Shown piece after piece: positions 11,117-22,313 of a DNA stretch of 64,000 nt. The position numbers were made by a program, and so were the translations under genes. Under the pieces are notes generated by a model that was not told where the DNA came from, searched no databases, and worked only from the letters and a program-made list of their open reading frames with translations. The DNA lies in assembly GCA_965112735.1 (NCBI GenBank), contig OZ218954.1, forward strand, positions 3,410,001-3,474,000, in the 5' to 3' direction. Origin of the DNA: Phaeosaccion multiseriatum (Eukaryota > Protista > Ochrophyta, other classes). Positions within the stretch are counted from its first letter, which is position 1, and the number at the start of each line of letters is the position of its first letter.

Positions 11117-14100
11117 CAGCTGTCGGGAGCAGCAGCGTACGAAGAACCAACGCCGGTAGATGCAGATGGTCGTGCTGGTGGTGTTGGTGGTGGAGAGGAC
11201 ACCGCAACAGCAACTGCAGTCGTTCGTGATTCAGCAGCCACAGCAGGTGGTGGTACAGCCCCCCCCCAGCCCCCAGCGAACGACCGTCTCCGTCCAGCAC
11301 CAGTAGGAGCAGGTGGACCAGCAGCCCCAGCAGTTGGTGGTACAACAGCCACAGCAGCGACTGCTCCTCCGCCACCGAACGTCCGCCTCCCCCCCCCAGA
11401 GGAAGGAGGAGGGGGAGGAGGAGGAGGAGGAGGAGGAGGAGCTTTGCTGCTATGAGTCATGGCGGTACCGTCGTCGCCAGAAGAAGATCCCTCCACGACG
11501 GGTGTTGGAGGCCGAGCCCTCGTCGGGAACGGATTATTTCCCTCCTCCTCCTCCTGCTGCTTTTCCTGCTGCTCCTGCTGTCCATCTTCATCCCCTCCTC
11601 CTTCGTAACCTAGCTCTACAGGCCATAGTTCTTGCTGGTCCGCTTCTCCTCCCCTTCCTCTTCCTCCTTCATCACCTACCCCTTCTCCTCCTCCTCCTCC
11701 TCCTCCTGCTGCTGCTGCTGCTGCTGCTGCTCCTCCTCCTCCTCCTCCCTCTTCTCCCACCGCGGTGAATGCCTGTGCTCTGACAGCTGCTGCTTGGGCT
11801 CTCGATCGTGCCGCTGAGAGCAGCCCCACAGCAAAGTCCGATACTTTGCCTTTCTCCTCCTCTCGAGCATCTGGCAGAAGGGAAGAGCACCAACAGCACC
11901 ACAGTCAGTGGGGGAGGGAGGCGGGGAGGGGGGAGAGAGGGAGGAAGGGAGACGTAGCGAGAGAAAGAAGGGGAGAGAGACTCAGGGGGAGAGAGAGGGA
12001 GGGAGAGAGACAGAGAGAAAGAGAGCGAGAAAGAGAGAGAGAGAGAGCGAGAGGAAGAGAACGAGAGCGAAAGAGAGAAACAAGGAGTATTTGCGAAAGT
12101 CCGTACCTTCGAAGCTCCAAGCTTTACCCGTGGTGTGTTGCTCGCCCGCCCGGGGGAAGAGGGCATCCAGCAGCCTCTCGCATGTCTTCATGTCGCTACC
12201 ACTACTCCCACCACTCCCACCACTCCCACCACGCCCACCACTACCACCATCACCTGTTGGTGGTACACCACCACCATCACCTGTTGGTGGTACACCACCA
12301 CCATCACCATCTCTGATTCTGCTGGTGTTCGTGTTGTAATCCGGGTCGGGGTTGCATGGGCTGATTCGCATCTCTCGACACATTTCCGCTGCTGTGGCGA
12401 GGACGAGAAGGCGCTTCTTGTGTGGCACATCGCCATCAGCGCGGAGCTTCAGGCACACTCGCAGCAAGTCGTACAACTTCTCGCAGCGGCGCCATCGAAG
12501 GGGGGGCTCGCCTGAGTGAAGGGGAGGGGAGGGGGGGAGGGAATTCGTTGACTTAGAGGAGGGCATTCGTTGACTTAGAGGAATCATCTATGAATTACGT
12601 GTGTGTGTGTGTGTGTGTGGGAGGGGGGGGGGGGGGGCTGGGGGTAAGGTGAGGGTGGCAGGGAGACGGAGTGAGGGGAGAGAGATAGGAGGAGGAGAGG
12701 GGAGGGAGGTAGGGAGGGAGAGAGGGAGGGAGAGAGAGAGAAAGAGGACGGGGTGGGTTTGTGAGGGAGGGGAGGAAGGATGAGAAATTCCCCGTTGCTT
12801 GCGCACGGTGTTCCTTCCTGCTGCATACGCTTCTGCCTCCGCATGCTTCCTTGCTTACATCCCATCGGCGAAGTACCAACATGTGTATACTTCTACCTGA
12901 GAGGGTGGTGACGACCCCGGCAAACGCCTCCAGAATGCTCCTCGTGTCAGTGGATAGGAATACGGTCACCCACTGCAGAAGCAGCAGGGCCCCTCCTCCT
13001 CCTCCTCCTCCTCCTCCTCCTCCTCCTCCTCCTCCTCCTCCTCCTTCGGTGCTGTTGACCGCAGCACCCAAACACTGCGAAATCGAGAGGAAGAGTGACA
13101 GGGAGAGAGCGTAGAGAGAGAGAGGGAGAGAGAGAGGAAGAGGGAGCTTACGTGAGCAAGCAAGCACATACATAATCGAGCCACATACCCCTATCTATAT
13201 AATACATTTGAGACAAATACCCTTACGTATACGCTTACGTATACCCTTAATCAACGGTGTGAGTTTCTACAGTTTCGTACAGTCCATCCTCTGCCATCCA
13301 TCTGCGTATCGTAGGAAGGTGTCAAGTTTAACGCCTCTACGATATATCCATCTGTACATTTGGAGGCGTACACCCCCCCGCCCCCCCACTCCTTTCTAGC
13401 ACCTGAGCGAGTTTCATGCAGTCCATGGCAGTCCTCTCTACGCCTTCGCCAGACAGGCTCCGCCTGAGCGTCGCCAGGAGGAGGGGGGGCGGGGGGGGGT
13501 GGCAGGGGGGATGGCAGCGGATGGAAGCGAATGGGCCCATAGATGGGGGGTGAAGGTGAGGGTGAAGGTTAGGGTTGAAGAAAGAGCAAGCCCACGCACA
13601 TGCGTGCCATCCATCATACCCGTCACGCCCACGCACGCACGTACACACGCACACACGCACTCTCGCATACACACACGCACGCACACGTACACACACACAC
13701 GCGCGCACGCACGCACACACACATACACACAGCACGCACACACGCACCGGGAGCCATTCGCCATTCCTGCGGCTCTGTCAGCAGCCCCTGAGAGCAGCCC
13801 TTTGCTCTTGGCCTTGCCCTTACCCCGTCCTGCTTGGGCCCTGATGAGATGCCCAATGTACCACATCACAATGCTGGAGGGAGGGAGGGAGGGATGGAGA
13901 GAAGGGGGGAGGGAAGAAGGGAAGGAGGGAGAGAGAGAGAGAGGGAGGGAGGGAGGGAGGGAGGGAGGGATAGAGGGAAGAGGGAAGGGAGGGGAATGAG
14001 GGAGGGTGGTATCGAGAGGCGGAGGGCGAGGAGCGGGAACCGTACGTGAGGAAGGTCTTGTCACACATAATGATCCATGCGTAAGGCCCTTACGTGAGGG

Positions 14101-15035
14101 GTTTCTTGCACCCAATTGTCCGTACGTACGGGGTGTTTCCCACTGTCATGCATGTGGACAGTGCTGGCCGACAGATATTCTATACTTGTCCCTCTAAATG
14201 GGCCCCCCTCCCCCCCCCCCTAGCCCACCCACTAACCTGGAGGAAAGTTGCGAGGTGAAGGGCCCCCTGAGCGCCTCGGGGATGTGTGGCAGTGCCGTGT
14301 GTGTGAGCCACTCCTGCAGTCGAGCGGTCAGGCGCGACACTTCCGACCCTGCACCGGTATCACCACCTCCTCCTCTACCACCACCACCACCACCACCACC
14401 ACCACCACCACCACCACCACCACCACCACCATCACCACCCGAGCCTTTGCCCACTTTGCCAACTTTGTCCGCCATTCTACTACTGAAACTTCCGCGCCTG
14501 GCACCTCCACCCCCGCCGCCGCCTGCAGCAGTTGGTGCTCCAGCAGTAGTGCCAAGCGTCGTCGCCATGTGTTGCTCCATGAAGACCTCGACGAGTGCCT
14601 GTAACCCAATGTCACTGCACCGTCTCCACGCCAGGCAGACCTCCCCCGCAGGAATCTTCACATCCACCAAAGCTCCTGTATCACCAACTGCTGCCCCCGT
14701 ATCACCAACTGCGACCCCTACCCCGCCCCACCTCTGCTGCAGGGTGCGTGCTTGCAGGGAGGCCCTCCAGCACTCCGTCACAAAGGCGAGAAGCACTCGA
14801 TACAGCACCGCCGCACTCCTCTTGCTCTCATCGTCATCTGTGACTCGACCGCTGCTGGATGACCAACTGGTGGTGGTGGAGGCACTGCTACTAGTGCCTT
14901 CGCTATTGCCACCGGTGCTGCTCCTTTTCCAGCCCAGCCCCGCCACTCCTTTGCTGCCCACGGTACTGCCCTGTGTTGAACGCGTGCCCCCTTCCTTCTC
15001 CCCTCCTCCTCCTCCTCCTCCTCCTCCTCCTCCTC

Positions 15036-15070
<35 letters not shown>

Positions 15071-18000
15071 CTCGCCCCCCTCCTCCTCCTCCTCTTGCCC
15101 CCACCGTGTCGACAAGAGCAGCCCTACTGAGGCCCTGAAGTACATTAAGGAGACACACAAGACAGCCCGAGGCAACAAGCTGTGCCAAGGGTCTCACCAT
15201 CCCCATCACCTCCTGTAACTCCTGAGACTCCTGTAACTCCTGAAACTCCCGTATCTCCTCCTCCGCCGCATGTGCTTGCCCACGGCCAAGGGAGGCGGGG
15301 CTACTGCCCTCCTCACCTCTGGCTCTTTTCCTCCTCTTCCTCCTCGTCCTGGTGGTCGTTGTCCCCGCAAGCTCTTCCACAATCGTCCCCCTTCCCCCTG
15401 CTCCTCCTCCTCCTGCTCCTCCTCTTCCTCCTCCTCCTCCTCCTCCTCCTCCTCCTCCTCCTCCTCCTCCTTCGTGGTCGCCTTTCCCCGACGGTGGGGA
15501 TAATGAGCGAAGCACCCCATCAAGCTCCTTCACGAGGTCCACAGCAGCATAGCCTCGCGTAGGGAAGCCACACACACCGCTCCCACTGCTCTCAGCGCTC
15601 TCAGCGCTGTTGCTGAGGTCCTGCAGAAGCCTGCTCCACCTCCCCTCCATTGTCTCACTCACAACCCCCATGAGCCTCACTGCGATACTTTCCGTCTCCA
15701 GCAATGGCGACGGCATAGATGATGATGATGATAATGACGATGATGAGGAGGAGGAGGAGAGAGAGAGGGAAGGTACCAAGTCCTGAAGACGAGCGTTCGT
15801 CTGCTGCAGACGGAAGCTGAGGTGCAAGATACGCAGCAGTTTCCCGACCTCATCAGTCGATGAGGAAGCTCCCAGCCGGTGCTGCCTCGCTCCTCCTCCT
15901 CCTGCTTCTCTTCCACCTCCTCCTCCTCCTCTTCCTCCTCCTCCTGCTCCTCCTCCCCCACCACCTCTCCTCTCTGCGGACATCGAGGGCGTGGAGAGAA
16001 AGGGCTCCACCTCCAAAAGGAGCCTGTTGGACAAGAGCTTGGAGTAAAGAGCGACAAAGTCCAAGCAGAAGCCCCGTAACAGTCTCGTATCGGACACCGC
16101 AGATGCAGTGGTAGCAGCTGCAGAAGTTGGTGATACAGCAGCAGCACTAGAGGTGGCAGCAGCAGCAGGCTCACAGATGGCAGCAGTACCCCCACCCCCC
16201 TGAAGTGCCAACATGCGCTCTCTCAGTGCCTCATCCTCCTCCTCAAAGTCGCTCAAAATGCCGTCAAAGTGTGCCAATGCCCGACTCACAGATGCACACA
16301 TCCTGTCCACGTTGTAATCCACCTTGTATCCCCCCCCGCCCTTGTACCCGCAAATGGCGACGCCCTTCTCCTTCTCCTCCTCCTCCTCCTTCGACGAGCA
16401 TAAACCATTGGAGAATAAGTCATTGAGCTCCTCATTGATGAAGTCTGCTCTGTCTGCCTCTGTGTGCCCCACGGCATGGGCGGCCATGAAGCTGTTCGTA
16501 GACAGCTCGAAGCAGCCCTGCCATAAGCGACAGATGAACACATCAAACACAAACAAACAAACAAAACCAACCAACAAACAAACACGGTAAAGGCTAGAGT
16601 TTGAGCGAAAGCTTAAGATAAACGCAAAAGCTTGGGCTGTTCTGTAAAGGCACCCTTAATCCGCCCCCCCACTCTCAAAAGGTAGCGGTGTATATACCCT
16701 CCCCTACGTAGAAGTATCTGCCTTCAACTTACCTGCCAGGCGGTTTCCAGATCGGCGTTTGCCTTCGCCCCACCACCCCGTGCGTAGAGCTTCCCGGTGG
16801 CTCTGACTTGCTCCTGAGCTTCTTTGAGGCCTTTGCCAAGGAGACACACCCACTCCTGAGGGGATGGTGACAGATCGAGGGGGAGTGAGGGAGGGAGGGA
16901 GAGGGAGAGAGGGAGGGAGGGAGAGAGAGGGAGAGATGGAGAAAGGGAGGGATGGAGAGGGGGAGGAAGGGAGATGGAGGGAGGAGAGGAGGGAGGAGAG
17001 GGAGGGAGAGGGGGGGAGATGGAGGTTGAGTAAGAGGGAGAGTGAGTAAGAGGGAGAGAGGGAAGAGAGAGAGGGAAAGGGAAAGGGAGAGTGAGAAAAG
17101 AGGGAGAGAGGGAAGACAGGACAATGAGAGGGGGCACCGAACTCGCATATCCGCGTGCACGCACGCACGCATGCACGCACACACGCCCACGTGGGCAGAT
17201 GCGGATCGTACCTGACACTCTTCAGCACTGCCTGCCTTGAGAGTCATTCCCTTGCCCTGTGCGCCCTCAACTGGTTTGTAGGACAGTTCGAACTCTCTAC
17301 CCTTGCTCTTGGCAGGGCTTGGCGGGGAGGAGATAGCAAGTAGTAAGGTGGGAATGAGGGCGAGGGGGTGCACGGGTTGAGAAGAAGAAGAAGAAGAAGA
17401 AGAAGAAGAAGAAGAAGAAGAAGAAGAAGAAGGAGGAGAAGAAGAAGGAGAAGAAGAAGGAGAAGAAGAAGAAGAAGAAGAAGAAGAAGAAAGAAGAAGA
17501 AGAAGAAAGAAGAAGAAGAAGAAGAAGAAGAAGAAGAAAGAAGAAGAAGAAGAAGAAGAAGAAGAAGAAGAAGAAGAAGAAGAAGAAGAAGAAGAAGAAG
17601 AAGAAGAAGGAGGAGGAGGAGGGAGAGGAGGAGGAGGAGGAGGAGGAGGAGGAGTGGTGGTGTTGCGGAGAAGAGGTGGCTGCACGCGACGAATCAGCGG
17701 AGCGGGGTCCCGGGAAGCGAAGAGCTCTTCCGTGGGAGCGCCTTTCTGTGAGCCCCGAACTCCTTGCTACGGTTTCTCCTTCCTTCCTTTCCTCACTCCC
17801 CACCTCCCTCGCCAACTCTTCTCTTTGTTGTATAATCAAGAGGTCCCCCCGATGATGATGGTGACTAACCTGACCAACGCCACCTCTGCGTACACATCAA
17901 TTACACCAGAGGGGGTGCCTCGCTTAGAAGCCTCGGGGGCAGAGGGCCAGTACGAGAGGTATCCTGAGAGGGATGGGGCGGATGGGAGGTAGGGTCAGGA

Positions 18001-18358
18001 GTAGAGAGCAGAGGGGAGAAAGGAGGGGAGAGAGAGAGAGAGGGCAGCGATGCAGCCGTTGAAATAACATAGATCAGAGATAAGGGGGAGGCAGAAAAGG
18101 GGGTAGAAGGAGAGCGCAAAGTGATCGGGGAAACACCAAGGGAGAAGGGCGGTAGCAGTGAGAGAGAGAGAGAGAGACAGAGAGAAAGAGAGAGCGGGAG
18201 GCAGCGAAAAGGTATAGCAGAGGGATAAAGAGGACTTCAAAGCAGCAGTGAGACAAAAAACTGCCCGCCCTTTTACCTCTCTCGAACACGAAGTATCGCT
18301 CCTGCCAGCGCTTCAAAGACGAGAGCTTCTGCAGCCGGCCCTCTTTCACCTCGTTCAT
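10138..18358 (-). CDS. Large multi-exon PH-domain protein with a helical mid-region (possibly exocyst Sec6-like) and a Pro/Gly-rich tail
   Basis: Exon 1 (18277-18358) [27 protein letters not shown]; later exons GYLSYW...PSGVIDV, FELSY...[18 protein letters not shown] form a PH fold. Further exons near 14778-16520, 14240-14960, 12800-13075, 12110-12510 and a terminal exon ~10138-11870. The Sec6 resemblance ([11 protein letters not shown]) is weak. Confidence 0.7.
17380..17652 (+). repeat. (GAA)n/(GGA)n microsatellite in an intron
   Basis: About 270 bp purine triplet tract. Confidence 0.95.
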
Positions 18359-18516
18359 GCTTTGCCCGACCACTGGGCCACGGATATGGCGTTCCACAAT
18401 CTCGTCGTTGTGGTTGTTGACTTATAGTGGTGGTTGTGAGAACAAGTTGGTGCTACTTAGGGACATCACAGATGGATTGACTGAGTCGCATTTTTTCTCA
18501 CGGCATTGTCGCTGCG

Positions 18517-21500
18517 ATGAAGGGCAACGCCGGCAACACGTTGGCTGGCTTCGTTTTCACAGGAGGAGGAGGAGGAGGAGGAGGAGGTGGAGGAGGAGGA
18601 AGAGGTGGTGGATTTGCTGCTCTAAAGCACGAGTCCCATCTCCGAGCCGCCCTGCAGGTTGAGCGGCCATCGGCGGCTGACACGCCCCGCCTCCTAGCAG
18701 CCAGGGGGGTTGCTCTTACGGAAGAGCCGCATCTGGGACGAGGAGGTGGACGTACAAAACGGCAGGTGCAAATAGCTCTAACCCAGGACATCCAGAGACT
18801 TGGAAATATGAGAGACTGGAGGGGGGTGGCGAGGGTGGTTGCGGAGGCGAAAGCGGCCGGGCTCATGAACGTCATTTTGTATAACGCTTCCATTTCTGCG
18901 GTGGGAAAGGCTGGACGATGGAAGGGTGCGCTTGCCTTGCTCAATGAGATGAAGGCATGCGGCTACCGACCCAGTGTTATCACGTACAGCTCCGCGATTT
19001 CCGCTTGTGGCAAGGCAGGGGAGCACGACAAGGCGCTGGACTTGCTGGAGGAGATGCGGAGGGAAGGACCTGAACCCGATGAAATCTTTTACAACTCCGC
19101 AATTTCCGCGTGTGCCAAGGCAGGAGAGTACGAGAAGGCGCTAGACTTGTTGAAAGAGATGCGGAGGGAACGGCTTCAACCCAATGGAATCTCGTACAGC
19201 TCTGCGATTGATGCTTGTGCCAAGGCAGGGATGTACGAGAAGGCGCTTGACTTGCTAAATGAGATGCGGAGGGAAGGGCTTCAACCCGGTCTCATCACAT
19301 TCAGCTCTGCGATTACTGCTTGTGCCAAGGCAGGAGAGCACGAAAAGGCGCTGGACCTGCTGAAGGAGATGCGGAAGGACGGGGTTCAACCCAATGAAGT
19401 CTCGTACAGCTCTGGAATTGCTGCTTGTGCCAAGGCAGGAGAGCACGAGAAGGCGTTGGACTTGCTGAAGGAGATGCGGAGGGAAGGACTTCAACCCAAT
19501 GAGATCTCGTACAACTCTGCGATTTCCGCTTGTGCCATGGCAGGAGCGAACGAGGAGGCGCTAGACTTGCTAAAGGAGATGCGAAAGGAAGGACTTCCAC
19601 CTAGTGAAATCTCATACAGCTCTGCAATTTCTGCTTGTGGCAAGGCAGGAGAGCACGAGAAGGCGCTTGACTTGCTGAAGGAGATGCGGAGGGAAGGGGT
19701 CCCACCAATTGAAATCTCATACAGCTCCGCGATTACTGCTTGCGGCAATGCAGGAGAGCACGAGAAGGCGCTTGACTTGCTAAAGGAGATGCGGAGGGAA
19801 GGATTTCAACCGGATGTCATCACATACAGCTCTGCGATTTCCGCCTGTGGCAGGGCAGGAGAGCACGAGAAGGCACTAGACTTGCTGAAGGAGGTGCAGA
19901 AGGAAGGGGCTCAGCCCAATGCCATCTCTTACAATTCTGTGATTTCCGCTTGTGCCAATGCAGGAGAGCACGAGAAGGCGCTTGACTTGCTAAAGGAGAT
20001 GCGGAGGGAAGGATTTCAACCAGATGTCATCGCATACAGCTCTGCGATTTCCGCTTGTGCCAAGGCAAGAGAGCACGAGAAGGCACTGGACTTACTGAAG
20101 GAGATGGGGAAGGAAGGGCTTCAACCAAATCAAATCTCGTACAATTCTGCGATTGATGCTTGTGCCAAGGCAAGAGAGCACGAGAAGGCGCTGGACTTGC
20201 TGGAAGAGATGCGGAGGGAAGGGGTTCAACCCAATGCCATCTCGTACAACTCTGTGATTTCCACTTGTGCCAAGGCAGGAGAGCACGAGAAGGCGCTGGA
20301 CTTGCTGGGAGACATGTGGAGGGAAGGGGTTCAACCCATTCTCATCACATACAACTCTGTGATCACTGCTTGTGCCAAGGCAGGAGAGCACGAGGAGGCG
20401 CTGGACTTGCTGGAAGACATGTGGAGGGAAGGGATTCAACCCAATGCCATCTCTTACAACTCTGTGATTTCCGCTTGTGCCAAGGCAGGAGAGCACGAGG
20501 AGGCGCTGGACTTGCTGAGGGAGATGGGGAAGGAAGGGATTCAACCCAATGCTGTCTCTTACAATTCTGTGATATCCGCTTGTGCCAAGGCAGGAGAGCA
20601 CGAGGAGGCGCTGGACTTGCTGAGGGAGATGGGGAAGGAAGGGCTTCAACCCGATGCCATCTCGTACAATTCTGCGATTGCTGCTTGTGCCAAGGCAGGA
20701 GAGCACGAGAAGGCGCTGGACTTGCTGGAAGAGATGCGGAGGGAAGGGGTTCAACCCAATGCCATCTCTTACAATTCTGTGATTTCTGCTTGTGCCAAGG
20801 CAGGAGAGCACGAGGAGGCGCTGGACTTGCTGAAGGAGATGCGGAGGGAAAGACTTCAACCCGGTGTCATCGCATACAGCTCTGCGATTTCCGCTTGTGG
20901 CAGGGCAAGAGAGCACGAGAAGGCACTGGACTTGCTGAAGGAGATGGGGAAGGAAGGGCTTCAACCAAATCAAATCTCGTACAATTCTGCGATTGATGCT
21001 TGTGCCAAGGCAGGAGAGCATGAGAAGGCGCTGGACTTGCTGGAAGAGATGCGGAGGGAAGGGCTTCAACCCGATGCCATCTCGTACAGCTCTGCGATTA
21101 CTGCTTGTGGCAGGGCAAGAGAGCACGAGAAGGCACTGGACTTGCTGAAGGAGATGCGGAGGGACGGGCTTCAACCCATTCTCATCACATACAACTCTGT
21201 GATCACTGCTTGTGCCAAGGCAGGAGAGCACGAGGAGGCGCTACACTTGCTGAAGGAGATGCAGAGGGGAGGGGCTCAACCCGATGCCGTCGCGTATAGC
21301 TCTACGATTGCTGCTTGTGGCAAGGCAGGAGAGCACGAGAAGGCACTAGACTTGCTGAAGGAGATGCGAAGGGAAGGACTTCAACCCAGTGCTATCACGT
21401 ACACCTCCGCGATTGCTGCTTGTGCCAAGGCAGAAGAGCACGAGAAGGCGCTGGACTTGCTGAAGGAGATGCGGAGGGAAGAGCTTCAACCCATTCTCAT

Positions 21501-21921
21501 CACATACAACTCAGTGATTACTGCTTGTTGCAAGGCTGGGGAGCACGTGAAGGCGCTAGACTTGCTGAAGGAGATGCGGAAGGAAGGGATTCAGCCCAAT
21601 CAAATCTCTTACAACTCTTTGATTTCTGCTTGGTCCAGGGCAGGAGAGCACGAAAAGGCGTTGGACTTGCTGAAGGAGATGCGGAGGTACGGACGTCAAC
21701 CCAATGAAAGGTCGTACAACTCTGCGATTGATGCTTGTGCCAAGACAGGGCAGCACGAGAAGGCCCTAGACTTGCTGAAGGATATGCGGAGGGAAGGGCT
21801 TCAACCTAGTATCATCACATACAGCTACGCGATTGCTGCTTGTACCAAGGCAGGAGAGCGCGAGAAGGCGTTGGGCTTGCTAAAGGAGATGCGCAGGCAA
21901 GGCATTGAACTGGGTTTGTAG
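18517..21921 (+). CDS. Intronless P-type pentatricopeptide repeat protein with 29 contiguous 35-aa motifs
   Basis: From aa 119 (nt 18871) there are 29 repeats like xISYNSAISACAKAGEHEKALDLLKEMRREGLQPN. 118+29x35+1 = 1134 aa. No C-terminal catalytic domain. Confidence 0.97.
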   Translation: MKGNAGNTLAGFVFTGGGGGGGGGGGGGRGGGFAALKHESHLRAALQVERPSAADTPRLLAARGVALTEEPHLGRGGGRTKRQVQIALTQDIQRLGNMRDWRGVARVVAEAKAAGLMNVILYNASISAVGKAGRWKGALALLNEMKACGYRPSVITYSSAISACGKAGEHDKALDLLEEMRREGPEPDEIFYNSAISACAKAGEYEKALDLLKEMRRERLQPNGISYSSAIDACAKAGMYEKALDLLNEMRREGLQPGLITFSSAITACAKAGEHEKALDLLKEMRKDGVQPNEVSYSSGIAACAKAGEHEKALDLLKEMRREGLQPNEISYNSAISACAMAGANEEALDLLKEMRKEGLPPSEISYSSAISACGKAGEHEKALDLLKEMRREGVPPIEISYSSAITACGNAGEHEKALDLLKEMRREGFQPDVITYSSAISACGRAGEHEKALDLLKEVQKEGAQPNAISYNSVISACANAGEHEKALDLLKEMRREGFQPDVIAYSSAISACAKAREHEKALDLLKEMGKEGLQPNQISYNSAIDACAKAREHEKALDLLEEMRREGVQPNAISYNSVISTCAKAGEHEKALDLLGDMWREGVQPILITYNSVITACAKAGEHEEALDLLEDMWREGIQPNAISYNSVISACAKAGEHEEALDLLREMGKEGIQPNAVSYNSVISACAKAGEHEEALDLLREMGKEGLQPDAISYNSAIAACAKAGEHEKALDLLEEMRREGVQPNAISYNSVISACAKAGEHEEALDLLKEMRRERLQPGVIAYSSAISACGRAREHEKALDLLKEMGKEGLQPNQISYNSAIDACAKAGEHEKALDLLEEMRREGLQPDAISYSSAITACGRAREHEKALDLLKEMRRDGLQPILITYNSVITACAKAGEHEEALHLLKEMQRGGAQPDAVAYSSTIAACGKAGEHEKALDLLKEMRREGLQPSAITYTSAIAACAKAEEHEKALDLLKEMRREELQPILITYNSVITACCKAGEHVKALDLLKEMRKEGIQPNQISYNSLISAWSRAGEHEKALDLLKEMRRYGRQPNERSYNSAIDACAKTGQHEKALDLLKDMRREGLQPSIITYSYAIAACTKAGEREKALGLLKEMRRQGIELGL

Positions 21922-22313
21922 TGATGTAGAGCTAGGACTGCCATCGAAGTCCTCTCTGCGCACGAGCAATTGAACGTGCCTGACAGCGTGCACGCAGACG
22001 CCATCATACAGAAGGAACTCCTCCATGGCGTTTTATGTTTGAAACTAAATAAATATATATATTTCTTGTAATTAAAAAAATAGTCCTAAAATCATCACTA
22101 AGCGAACGAGGTGTGGCTCATGGGACGGAGGCAATCAACAAAATATAAAGTCAAGCCCGACAAATGAGGAGGAGGATTACAGCATACCCCTTTCTTAACC
22201 TTCCTCTGTCTGGCTGTAGCTGCGGACGCCTCTCCTCCTCCTCCTCCTCCTCCTCCTCCTCCTCCTCCTCCTCCTCCTCCTCCTCCTCCTCCTCCTCCTC
22301 CTCCTCCTTCGGG

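Noticed and set aside
20092-21231. Long antisense and alternative-frame ORFs in the PPR array
   Set aside because: Expected by-product of near-identical 105-bp repeats.
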